Source: Promethearchaeum syntrophicum (GTDB taxonomy: Archaea > Asgardarchaeota > Lokiarchaeia > Sigyniarchaeales > Promethearchaeaceae). Taken from it: a DNA stretch of 32,000 nt. Both the position numbers and the translations under genes were made by a program. Under the pieces are notes generated by a model. That model did not search any database. It was given only the letters and a program-made list of their open reading frames with translations, and was not told the DNA's origin. The DNA lies in NCBI RefSeq assembly GCF_008000775.2, contig NZ_CP042905.2, positions 3,390,001 through 3,422,000 of the forward strand, written 5' to 3'. The first letter of the stretch is position 1, and the number at the start of each line of letters is the position of its first letter. Of the stretch, positions 8,266 to 17,626 are shown piece by piece.

Positions 8266-11244
8266 ATGAAAAGCAAATTATTTTTCAAGTTTATGAGGAA
8301 AAAAAAAGAAATTTGGGTAATTACTGGATTGTTAATAATATCAATCACATTTTTGATGGGTGTCTTATATTCCACAAATGCATTTCGATCACATTCAATG
8401 ATGAATACTATTAATCAATATCCTACAGATTTCTATATCGAAAGTAATAATTGGAACAGTTCTGATGAATTTCTAACCTCATATTTTTCTAATTATGAGG
8501 GACCCTTGGAAATTAATCAAACGTATCCTACAGAAGATATTAATTTAGATAATGTAAAGATTGAAGGAGATAATATATCAGATACTGGTGTATTAATAAA
8601 CCAATTAAATCGATCATATAATTTGGTGCATTTGGTAGGAATTGATGAGAGTGCATATAATTTGCTTAATAGTAAAGATATGCAATCCAAATTTTTCTTT
8701 TCTGAACCAATTAATTTTTCATCTACAGGGATTTATTTCTCTAATCTGTTACGGGAATCTCAGGTAATCTTAACAGATATGAGACTTAATATTTTTACTG
8801 AAGCAAATACAAGTGAAGATGGAGATATTTATCCTCTAAATTTAAATTTTACAAATATTAATACAAGTGTAGATAATAGTGTTTCAGTAGATGGATATTT
8901 TAATGTTTATGATATTGAGTTCTTTTATAGAGTTTTAGGAATATCTTCCGGTGGTTTTGATACATATCCAATACTTTTAGGAAATCTGGACACAATTAAT
9001 GTGTTATTTCCCAATTCAACGGATAATATTATCCATGTTTCGAGTGATCAAATTACAAATATTGTATTTAATAAAACAAAATTAAGCGAATATTCTCCAA
9101 CTAAAATAGTTCAAGAATTAAATACTTTAGATCTTGCTCTGGACAATTATAAAGAGGATTATTCTGTTAGAGGAAGAGGAACTTGGGTAAATGAAATTAG
9201 TCATCTCTTGACATACAATCTAGCATTTGAATTAATTTCTATTATTCTTTTCATTCCAATTATTATTATTTGTTATAGCTATTTTAAAATTTCATATTAT
9301 TTTATGATATCGAAACGAAAACGAGAGATTGGAATGTGCTTGGTCAATGGAATGAATAGAAAACAAATTAAAATTCAGTATTATTGGAGTGCAATTATTT
9401 CAGGATTAATAGGAGGGATAATTGGAAATATTGGTGGTTTGATTCTATCAAAAAAAATTGGTGAGTTTCTTTTTCCAAATATTCTTCTGTCTTTTACTAA
9501 AGATATAATATTGAATTTTATTCTAAATTCAATTGTAGCAAGTATTATTGCAGCTTTAATTTCATTGATTGCAGTCAGAAAACCATTAAAGCAAATTGTG
9601 AATCAGAAACTTGAAAACGTGTTAGAAACTAAAAAAAATGAACTCGAAAAACCAAAAGAAATTAAACAATTAGAATGGATATTGTTTGGAGGTTGTATTT
9701 ATGCTTTTTTCTTCTCAATAATTCAGTCACTTTTCTTTGAATCATTCGATTTTAAAAATTTAACTAAAAATCCTCCTTTGATGTTCATCGCTCTTATAAT
9801 AGCGATTCCTTTCTTACCCATTTTCATGTATGTTTTTCCTTCTATACTTCTAAAAATCTTGTTGAATAAATTTAAAGGGATTTCAAGGAAAATTGCTGAA
9901 TTGAAGATATTGAAGAAAAATCAATTTAAAATGAAATTAATGTTTTGGAATTGGAATCAGAAAAGTGATCGAAATAAGAAATTAATAAAAGTTTCTTCAT
10001 TTTCTGTGATTTTCATTTTTATGACTTCAATTTTAACAGCATCCTACAATTATTCCAATATAGTCTATGAATCATCGCGAACAGCCAATGCAAATAGGGT
10101 AGATTTGGAATTTTGGGAAAATATTAATATAACATCAATTAACAATTTCAATTCTGATTTATCAAAAAATTCATCTGAATTCCACCTCAAATCATTTAAT
10201 ACATTTTCATTTACAACAACAAATAATGAACGGCGTTATGATGAAGACGATACAGGATTTATGAATGATGTTAAAATCCTTAATTGTAATAAAGATGATC
10301 TTGGGGATTATCAATTTGTGTGTTTCAATATATCCAATCTTCAAAATAATGCAGTATTCAGAGATGAATGGTTTATTGGCGGTAGTTATGTTGAAATTCT
10401 AAACAAGCTTCAACAACCAAATGCAATTTTAGTCCCAATATATATGTTAGACAAAAACTTCTCAATTAATGATCAAGTAAACTTATACTTCACAAATGAG
10501 AAAGATGAAAAAGTATATCGAAACGTTACAATTATTGGTGCGTATAATAAATTTCCTGTATGTACAGATAGAGTCTACTATGATGATGGTAGTGGGTATA
10601 TATCTATAAATACAGAAATTATTGTTAATCCTCAAGTATTGGAGAACGCAACTCTTAAAAAAGCAACTTATCTTTTTTATGGGGATGGGGATTTGAATGC
10701 TACCCATATATATCAATTAAAAAATCTCTTCTATCGAAATTTTCCACTTGATTTTTCAATTTCAAGTTATTTTTCAAGTTCTGATGACCTTGAAACTGAA
10801 TATGATGCTATACAATTTAAATTTATTAAACTTGAAAGTGTTTTATTTGTTCTTTACATGGTAATAGGCGTTTTCTTTCATTCGACATTATCAAATATGA
10901 AATCATCTTATGAAATTGGACTACTGAAATCTCGTGGTGTGAGTAAAAAAGATCTACTTAAATTAAGCTTAAGCGAAATTCATTTAATATTGGTAATTGG
11001 ATTTATTTTTTCTTCAATTTCTCTAATTGGAATACGACTTTTAATGACGTTTTTAAATCTAATACGATCTACAGATATTGGAAGCCTTGTTTTTATCTAT
11101 TACCAACAACCGAAGATCATCGACTTAATTGGAATTATTGTCGGAACAATCTTATTTTATATAACATATTTCAGTTTGAATTATCTTCAAATTATAAAAT
11201 CAAGTGCTAATAGAGATTTAGAAAAAATATTGCGAATTAATTGA
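8266..11244 (+). CDS. Giant double-FtsX ABC transporter permease (992 aa)
   Basis: FtsX modules: REIGMCLVNGMNRKQIKIQYYWSAIISGLIGGIIGNIGG and YEIGLLKSRGVSKKDLLKLSLSEIHLILVIGFIF. There is an N-terminal anchor helix and two large N/S-rich soluble domains. Confidence 0.85.
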   Translation: MKSKLFFKFMRKKKEIWVITGLLIISITFLMGVLYSTNAFRSHSMMNTINQYPTDFYIESNNWNSSDEFLTSYFSNYEGPLEINQTYPTEDINLDNVKIEGDNISDTGVLINQLNRSYNLVHLVGIDESAYNLLNSKDMQSKFFFSEPINFSSTGIYFSNLLRESQVILTDMRLNIFTEANTSEDGDIYPLNLNFTNINTSVDNSVSVDGYFNVYDIEFFYRVLGISSGGFDTYPILLGNLDTINVLFPNSTDNIIHVSSDQITNIVFNKTKLSEYSPTKIVQELNTLDLALDNYKEDYSVRGRGTWVNEISHLLTYNLAFELISIILFIPIIIICYSYFKISYYFMISKRKREIGMCLVNGMNRKQIKIQYYWSAIISGLIGGIIGNIGGLILSKKIGEFLFPNILLSFTKDIILNFILNSIVASIIAALISLIAVRKPLKQIVNQKLENVLETKKNELEKPKEIKQLEWILFGGCIYAFFFSIIQSLFFESFDFKNLTKNPPLMFIALIIAIPFLPIFMYVFPSILLKILLNKFKGISRKIAELKILKKNQFKMKLMFWNWNQKSDRNKKLIKVSSFSVIFIFMTSILTASYNYSNIVYESSRTANANRVDLEFWENINITSINNFNSDLSKNSSEFHLKSFNTFSFTTTNNERRYDEDDTGFMNDVKILNCNKDDLGDYQFVCFNISNLQNNAVFRDEWFIGGSYVEILNKLQQPNAILVPIYMLDKNFSINDQVNLYFTNEKDEKVYRNVTIIGAYNKFPVCTDRVYYDDGSGYISINTEIIVNPQVLENATLKKATYLFYGDGDLNATHIYQLKNLFYRNFPLDFSISSYFSSSDDLETEYDAIQFKFIKLESVLFVLYMVIGVFFHSTLSNMKSSYEIGLLKSRGVSKKDLLKLSLSEIHLILVIGFIFSSISLIGIRLLMTFLNLIRSTDIGSLVFIYYQQPKIIDLIGIIVGTILFYITYFSLNYLQIIKSSANRDLEKILRIN

Positions 11245-11285
11245 AAGTTTTGAACATTCAAGTTAAATTTATTAGGTGAAAAAAA

Positions 11286-12206
11286 ATGACGGAAATAAAA
11301 ACAATGAAACCAAAATCAAATACAATAATATCAATAAGAACTGAAAATGTAATAAAAATTTATAAACGGAAAGGAGTAGAAACATCAGCTTTACGGGGTC
11401 TTAGTTGTGAGATGAATAAGGGTGAAATCACAATTATCATGGGACCAAGTGGATGTGGAAAAACAACCTTAATGAATATACTTTCGGGAATAAGTCTCCC
11501 TAATGCGGGTTCAGTTATTGTTCAAGGTCAAGATATTACTCAGTATTCTGAAACTCAATTAGAACAATTCCGAAGAGACAAAATCAGCTATATTTTCCAA
11601 AAACTGAATCTCATACCGACATTAAATGTTATGGATAACATAACTTTTGCCTTGGAATATACAAATAAAATGAATGAGGCTCAACAAAGCCGAATTAACA
11701 ATATTATTGAACTCATTGGACTTGAAGATCATACTAAAAAATTTCCTGATGAATTAAGTGGCGGAGAACAACAAAGAGTAGCCTTAGCAGCAGCTTTAGC
11801 AAAGAATTCAGATATCATATTGTGTGATGAACCAACCGGGGAATTAGATAGTAAAGCTAAAATGAAAGTAATGGAATTGCTATCAATTATTAAGAAAAAC
11901 TATCCTGAGAAAACCATTGTTATTGTATCTCATGATACCGATATGAATTTAATTGCAGACCGCTTACTGTATATACGTGATGGAAAAATCTCATATGAGA
12001 TGTCTACTGAAAAATTACAAAGAATTAAAACTCAAGGTGAAATTCCCATAGAAGTTCATGCAGAAAAATCATTACATAATTCCAATGATGAAGATTTACT
12101 TACGGAATTACGAGAATTGAATAAGATTATTTCAGACAAATTAGAGCATTATGAAAGTAGAAATATTCAGAAACATAAATTAAAAGAAAAAATGGATAAT
12201 ATTTAG
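11286..12206 (+). CDS. ABC transporter ATP-binding protein (MacB/LolD-like)
   Basis: Motifs: Walker A GPSGCGKTT, signature LSGGEQQR, Walker B ILCDEPT, H-loop VSHD. AGGTGA at 11274-11279 lies 6 nt before the ATG. The C-terminal tail looks coiled-coil and has no Cys motif. Confidence 0.95.
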   Translation: MTEIKTMKPKSNTIISIRTENVIKIYKRKGVETSALRGLSCEMNKGEITIIMGPSGCGKTTLMNILSGISLPNAGSVIVQGQDITQYSETQLEQFRRDKISYIFQKLNLIPTLNVMDNITFALEYTNKMNEAQQSRINNIIELIGLEDHTKKFPDELSGGEQQRVALAAALAKNSDIILCDEPTGELDSKAKMKVMELLSIIKKNYPEKTIVIVSHDTDMNLIADRLLYIRDGKISYEMSTEKLQRIKTQGEIPIEVHAEKSLHNSNDEDLLTELRELNKIISDKLEHYESRNIQKHKLKEKMDNI

Positions 12207-12302
12207 GAGATTCCGAAATAAAAACCGATTATTATTATTAAAAGTAGTATCCATCATTTCAATTTCACTCATTTTTATTTTTCCTTTACTTATTGAATTA
12301 TA

Positions 12303-13214
12303 ATGCTTTTTGATAACGATAAAATTAGAATAGGACCAACTGGAGTGAAAAAAGATTTATTTTTCATGAAAGGGCGTGCTAATACACTCAGAAGGGGGAA
12401 AAGATTCGAAATTCCCGAATATTTATCAAGTATGGGATTGAATGCCTATGAATTTTCTGCGGGAAGAATGGCAAAATTTTCCGATAGCCCAATTTATGAA
12501 AAATTTCGAGTTAATTCGAAGAAATTTAATGTTGCTATTTCAATCCATGCCCCATATTATATCTCGTTGACAAGTGAAACTCCTGAAACATATGAGAAAT
12601 CAATCGAACGATTAGCAAGAACATATGCTTGGGCTGTTTGGTTAAATGCTAAAAGAATTGTGGTTCATCCAGGGACCTATGGAAAATCTAAAATGAAAAG
12701 GAATTTAACCCAGATGATAATTGATGGAATCAATTCAAGCATTACCCTTTCAAAGAATCTCTATCCAAACATAAAAGAAAAATTCAAAGAAATTTGTTTA
12801 TGTCCTGAAACGATGGGAAAATTGGGTCAAATTGGATCAGCAGATGAAATAATCGAGATTTGTAATGAAGTCGGTACGAATAAGACTCGTCCTTGTATCG
12901 ATTTTGGTCATCTTTATACTCGTAATATTGGAAAAATAATTGGAAAAAACCTCTATATGCCTGTATTTGAAAAAATTGAACAAAATTTAGGAAAAAATAT
13001 TGTAGAAAATCTCCATATTCACTATTCTAAAATTGAATATACCGGAAAAGGGGAAAAAATGCACCATTCAAACGATAGTAGTTGGGGACCAAACATTGAA
13101 CCCTTATTCAAAATAATTAAAGAACAAGGATATAAGCCGATAATAATTAATGAAAGCCCAGAATTAGAAACAGATGCGACAAAATTGATGGATATATGGA
13201 AAAAAATGAGTTAA
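12303..13214 (+). CDS. Xylose-isomerase-like TIM-barrel protein, endonuclease IV (AP endonuclease 2) family-like
   Basis: The motifs IHAPYYISLTS, RIVVHPG, CPETMGK, CIDFGHL and LHIHYS parallel the metal-ligand blocks of endonuclease IV (HAPYLINL, HPG, E-T, D-H, H). This was judged by eye only. Confidence 0.6.
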   Translation: MLFDNDKIRIGPTGVKKDLFFMKGRANTLRRGKRFEIPEYLSSMGLNAYEFSAGRMAKFSDSPIYEKFRVNSKKFNVAISIHAPYYISLTSETPETYEKSIERLARTYAWAVWLNAKRIVVHPGTYGKSKMKRNLTQMIIDGINSSITLSKNLYPNIKEKFKEICLCPETMGKLGQIGSADEIIEICNEVGTNKTRPCIDFGHLYTRNIGKIIGKNLYMPVFEKIEQNLGKNIVENLHIHYSKIEYTGKGEKMHHSNDSSWGPNIEPLFKIIKEQGYKPIIINESPELETDATKLMDIWKKMS

Positions 13215-13315
13215 ATTAATTTTCCAGATGAAAAAATTTTTTAATTTATCTAAATTTTATAAATTGGTGCATTTAAATTCCATTTTGTTCTAACTGCGGT
13301 CTATTCTCAATTCAA

Positions 13316-13819
13316 TTGAATTCAAGGAATCATTGTCAAGCTTGTTCTGATGCTCATTTTAATGGAAAAATTAAGGAAAAAAACATTACCGATGCAAATT
13401 TTAAAATTGAGAAGAAATTACGTACTACAATGTTACATTATATCGAGGATATTGAATTAAAACCTATCCCTATTGATCCAAACATTACAAGTTTAGGTCG
13501 TGGTCAAAGACAAATTTTATTTAATCAAAATCTTCAACCAGGATATATTAAATCTACAATGGCTTTAATAGCATCATTTTTAGGATTTCTTTTTTTACTG
13601 AGTCCTGTTTTAGGATTTTTTAGTTTAGCTTCTGAATTAGTTGCATTATCTCTGGCGCTAAGTTCACGGAGAACAGAACAACCAAATTGGCGTCGGAAAA
13701 TCGCTATTGCGGTTTCCTTAATTTACATGATTATCTTTATTATTACGATTATTTATTTATTTATGAATCCTGAAATGATTGAAGAACTTCTCCTTGAGAT
13801 TGAAAATCAAGGTGTTTAA
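13316..13819 (+). CDS. Small membrane protein; the N-terminal zinc ribbon appears cut by the predicted start
   Basis: The C-terminal half has 2-3 hydrophobic helices. The only canonical start is TTG 13316, but the frame is open from 13277 and encodes CSNC 12 residues before CQAC. See the finding at 13228-13345. Confidence 0.55.
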   Translation: MNSRNHCQACSDAHFNGKIKEKNITDANFKIEKKLRTTMLHYIEDIELKPIPIDPNITSLGRGQRQILFNQNLQPGYIKSTMALIASFLGFLFLLSPVLGFFSLASELVALSLALSSRRTEQPNWRRKIAIAVSLIYMIIFIITIIYLFMNPEMIEELLLEIENQGV

Positions 13820-13843
13820 CATCAATCAATAAAGAGGAAATAA

Positions 13844-14788
13844 CTATTTAAAGTATGATTCCATATCTTCGGAGAGATCTAAAATTTTTTTAATTACATT
13901 GGAGAAATTATGTTCCTGATCTTCGGGTTTTTCAATTAAGATTTTCGCAAATTCTCTATATTCAGTACATAAATCGTCTCTTCCGATAAATTTCAATTTA
14001 GAAGAAAAAGAATAAAGATTTAGGTAAGCATCTTTAAAATCAGTTTCATAAATGAGTTTACCTTTTGAGTGTTGGATAGATCTATTAATAGCCTGTTTAG
14101 TTTGTTCTAAAAAATATTTCATTCGTTCTTTCGTACTTTGGAGTTCAACCTGGAATTTCTTTCTTCTTTGCTTATTTTTCTCAATATTTGGTTTTTCTTT
14201 TAATTTATGATCAATTTGGTCAATCGAATTTAAAATTTCAATTTTTTTTGGTAATGCAGCGGTTTCTTTTAGTCGATCTTCCAAAAATTTTCTCTCTTCA
14301 TCAAATTTTGTATACTTATCATAATGTGGATGCCTAACCTCATGAACGAATTTATTACCCTCTTGTCCAGTCAATCTCTTTTCTTTTATTTCTAATTTTT
14401 CTTTGAGAACTTTTCCTTTCTTTAGGATTTTTTTATTTTTTTCAATGATTTGCAGTATTTTAAAATCTAAAATTTCAAAAACAGACATATTTCCATCAAA
14501 ATCTTTGAATAAGCTTGCATTTTCATTTAGAATTTTTATAAATTCAGGTATAATCTTGCGGATATTTTTTTCATTATCACTATCGGAAATGGTAACCATT
14601 TCTACACCCAAAGATTTAATATCAGTTACAATTACAATCAAGTTACCCATTTCAATATTTTTTATACCCTTACTTGAATTTGCAATCATTTCTTTAATAT
14701 TGTGGTTTATTGCACTTAGAAATGAACTTAGCATTTCAGTTTGGAATGGTTCAATTTGATCCTCAAATGATTTCTCCCAAAATAACAA
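13844..14788 (-). CDS. Hypothetical protein: roadblock/longin-like N-terminal region plus a K/E-rich coiled coil; the 5' end is possibly frameshifted
   Basis: 314-aa ORF with a weak TTG start. The N-terminal ~100 aa show an alternating beta/alpha pattern, followed by a long charged helical region. The upstream ORF 14763-14951 in another frame looks like the missing first strands. Confidence 0.6.
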   Translation of the reverse strand: MLFWEKSFEDQIEPFQTEMLSSFLSAINHNIKEMIANSSKGIKNIEMGNLIVIVTDIKSLGVEMVTISDSDNEKNIRKIIPEFIKILNENASLFKDFDGNMSVFEILDFKILQIIEKNKKILKKGKVLKEKLEIKEKRLTGQEGNKFVHEVRHPHYDKYTKFDEERKFLEDRLKETAALPKKIEILNSIDQIDHKLKEKPNIEKNKQRRKKFQVELQSTKERMKYFLEQTKQAINRSIQHSKGKLIYETDFKDAYLNLYSFSSKLKFIGRDDLCTEYREFAKILIEKPEDQEHNFSNVIKKILDLSEDMESYFK

Positions 14789-14965
14789 ACCAGTTTTCGA
14801 TTGATAAAGAAATATGGAATATAACGTCTAAAATCCCTCTTTTATTGAATTGTAATTTCCGAAAAAAAACTATATATACAGTATTGTGAACATAATTATT
14901 AAAATCTTTATGGTTTTGAAAATTAGGATCTAACTTATTCGAGAAAAACAATCAGATAGCAACAA

Positions 14966-15574
14966 TTATTCAGATTTCATTATTATTTTCTCATTTTCGG
15001 TTATAATCATATCCATTGGAACATCTAATTTATGTGATTTCAACTGAAAATCCATAACTGAAAAAGAAAGTGCAAAAGAAACTTTTAATGCATGGTTTAA
15101 CGATGGTTTACCTAATAAACTGTCATAATACCCTTTTCCATAGCCGTATCTCATACCTAAATGATCAAAAACTAATCCAGGGACAATTATTATATCTAAA
15201 CTTTCAAATAATTCTATTTTTTTCAAACTAGGTTTAGGTTCCATGATTTTAAATTGGCCCGGTTCTAAATCATTTATCGGATCAAAAATTTCGTAAATCT
15301 CCAATTGAATTTGATTGGGAACACATCTAGTTAAATAAAGATGCTTTCCATCATGCAAGATCTTCTCCATTAATCCAAGCGTATTAAATTCAGCATTTCT
15401 GGAAATTCCATAATATGCTAAGATGTGTTTTGATCTCTTATATCTTGGAGTTTTATAAAATTGGTTCAAAATTTTGTTGAATCGCAAAATTCGTTCCGAT
15501 TCAGAAAGTTCTTTTCTCTTTTTAAGAATAAATTTACGAAGAGCAATCGGATCTCTAGGAAATTCCAAGTCCAT
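14966..15574 (-). CDS. 5-formyltetrahydrofolate cyclo-ligase (MTHFS family)
   Basis: 202 aa. The family-typical blocks are ILAYYGISRNAEFNT, FKIMEP and DIIIVPGLVFDHLGMRYGYGKGYYD. Confidence 0.85.
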   Translation of the reverse strand: MDLEFPRDPIALRKFILKKRKELSESERILRFNKILNQFYKTPRYKRSKHILAYYGISRNAEFNTLGLMEKILHDGKHLYLTRCVPNQIQLEIYEIFDPINDLEPGQFKIMEPKPSLKKIELFESLDIIIVPGLVFDHLGMRYGYGKGYYDSLLGKPSLNHALKVSFALSFSVMDFQLKSHKLDVPMDMIITENEKIIMKSE

Positions 15575-15617
15575 AATTAATAATTATATTAATTAATAAT
15601 TTTCAACTTTCTTAATT
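15575..15617. promoter_or_regulatory. 43-bp divergent promoter region between the MTHFS gene and purH
   Basis: The whole intergenic space is A/T-rich and contains aattaataatt twice (15575-15585 and 15591-15601). Neither gene has an SD, so both are probably leaderless. TATA-like sequence lies about 20-30 nt from each start. Confidence 0.4.
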
Positions 15618-17255
15618 ATGGATTTTCCAAAAATTAAACGTGCACTTGTTTCAGTTTATAATAAGTCAGGCTTAGTTGATTTTGTGAAACAATTAGTAAA
15701 TGATTTTGGGATCGAGATACTATCTACAGGGGGAACAGCAAGAATTTTACAAGAAGCAGGTATTCCCATAACTTTTGTCTCCGATTATACACAATCTCCG
15801 GAAATGTTCGATGGACGGGTAAAAACTCTACATCCTCGTATCCACGGTGGGCTTCTTATGCGCCGTGATAATCAAAATGATGTTGAGGATGCTAAAAAAA
15901 ACAATATCTTACCAATTGATATGGTTATTTGTAATTTATATCCTTTCAAAGATGCCATTACCAAAGAAGGAACCACATTAGAAGAAGCAATTGAAATGAT
16001 TGATATTGGTGGACCTACCCAAATTCGAGCAGCAGCTAAATCTTTTCCCTATGTAACGGTAATTCCGACCCCTAAATCTTATAAAAGTGTTATAAAGGAG
16101 ATGTACGAGAATGAGGGAAAAATTTCATTGAAAACAAGGATGAATTTAGCTCAGCATGTTTTCTCAATTATGTCTCTTTACGATGCTACAATAGCAAATT
16201 ATTTATCTGTGATCTATAAAGAAAAATATGGAACAAATGAAAATATTTCTAAAGAGTTACCAGATATAATCCATAAAACTTATGAAAAGGTTCAAACATG
16301 CAGATACGGTGAAAATTGGGAACAAAAAGCAGCATATTACAAAGATCCAAATTCTAACGCAGGATTGCAAAATTTGGAACAATTGCATGGAAAAGCGATT
16401 TCATTCAATAATTGGCTTGATATAGACTCATGCATTCAAGTTCTGCTTGATTTTCATATTGATCACGAAAAACATCATATTTGTGCAATTTTTAAACATA
16501 CTACACCAAATGGAATTGCAGTGGATTATAATTCCCAGCTTGAAGCATGCAAGCGTGCATTTTCTACAGATCCACTTTCAGCGTTTGGAGGAATTTGGGG
16601 ATTTAATCAAGTAATTAGTAAAGAAGTTGCGGATTATTTAGTTAATGAAAAAAATGTTTTTATTGAAGTTCTTCTGGCTCCAGATTTCGAGGATGAAGCC
16701 TTAAAGATTTTAGAAACCAAGAAAAATATGCGTATTGTTAGATTTGGAGATTTATTAAAGAAAAGAGCTATTTGTTATGAGCAACCTGAAATTCGAGGAG
16801 TTTTAGGGGGAGCTTTGGTTCAAGATTATGATTGGGGTCCTTTAATAAAATCTTGGGATCTAAAAACAAAACGTGACATTACAGTTCGCGAAAAAGAAGC
16901 ACTAATTTTTGCTTATCGAGTAAGTAAATGGACAAAATCGAATTCTGCAGCATTTGTTAAAGAATATGATACAGGAATTTACACACTTGGTATAGGAGCG
17001 GGTCAACAGAGCCGTGTACATGTTGTAAAACTCGCCGCTCAAAAAGCAAAGGAATTTAATCATGATTTAAAAGACAGTGTTATGGGAACAGATTCATTTT
17101 TCCCATTCCCAGATGGTTTAGTTGCAGCTGCAGAAGTTGGTGCAAAAGCTATTATAAATCCAGGGGGTTCTATTAGAGACGAAAAAGTAATATCTAAAGC
17201 TGATGAATTGGGAATCTCTTTGATTTTTTGTGGAAAAAGGGTTTTCCGACACTAA
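15618..17255 (+). CDS. purH: Bifunctional AICAR transformylase / IMP cyclohydrolase
   Basis: N-terminal MGS-like block: KRALVSVYNKSGLVDFVKQL, ILSTGGTARIL, DGRVKTLHPRIHGGLL. The full-length AICARFT domain runs to the C-terminal IFCGKRVFRH. Confidence 0.97.
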   Translation: MDFPKIKRALVSVYNKSGLVDFVKQLVNDFGIEILSTGGTARILQEAGIPITFVSDYTQSPEMFDGRVKTLHPRIHGGLLMRRDNQNDVEDAKKNNILPIDMVICNLYPFKDAITKEGTTLEEAIEMIDIGGPTQIRAAAKSFPYVTVIPTPKSYKSVIKEMYENEGKISLKTRMNLAQHVFSIMSLYDATIANYLSVIYKEKYGTNENISKELPDIIHKTYEKVQTCRYGENWEQKAAYYKDPNSNAGLQNLEQLHGKAISFNNWLDIDSCIQVLLDFHIDHEKHHICAIFKHTTPNGIAVDYNSQLEACKRAFSTDPLSAFGGIWGFNQVISKEVADYLVNEKNVFIEVLLAPDFEDEALKILETKKNMRIVRFGDLLKKRAICYEQPEIRGVLGGALVQDYDWGPLIKSWDLKTKRDITVREKEALIFAYRVSKWTKSNSAAFVKEYDTGIYTLGIGAGQQSRVHVVKLAAQKAKEFNHDLKDSVMGTDSFFPFPDGLVAAAEVGAKAIINPGGSIRDEKVISKADELGISLIFCGKRVFRH

Positions 17256-17263
17256 TTTTTTTT
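17256..17263 (+). terminator. T8 tract immediately after the purH stop
   Basis: TAA at 17253-17255 is followed directly by tttttttt. Confidence 0.4.
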
Positions 17264-17341
17264 AGATATTTTTTAATTGAAAATAAAAACGATAAAATAG
17301 AAAAAATAAAAAAGGCAGCTCAGTTTCTTAAAATCAGAGAA

Positions 17342-17626
17342 TTAATCAATCAATTTCTCTATTTCGTTAATCTTCTTCAAAACTTTTAATCCTTTTTCAG
17401 TTAAATATATGACTTTTTCATTCGCATCATTGAGTTTGAATTTGATCAAACCTGTGTCAAGTAATGACTTTTTAACTCTTAAATATGCATTATAATAAGA
17501 GTCTGATGCTTCAAACTTCTCAAAAAACCTAGCTTGAACTGCTTCCTTATTATCAAAGCTGTTCAACACGGTTAAGGTTTCGCTGAAACCTCTTTTTTTC
17601 ATTAGTGTATAGAATTTGTTTCCCAT
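17342..17626 (-). CDS. Small winged-helix-like protein (hypothetical transcription factor)
   Basis: 94 aa. The helix-rich core is followed by a beta-hairpin-like segment (IKFKLNDANEKVIYLTEKG) and a C-terminal helix. GAGGT lies about 8 nt upstream of the ATG. Fold assignment is by eye only. Confidence 0.5.
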   Translation of the reverse strand: MGNKFYTLMKKRGFSETLTVLNSFDNKEAVQARFFEKFEASDSYYNAYLRVKKSLLDTGLIKFKLNDANEKVIYLTEKGLKVLKKINEIEKLID

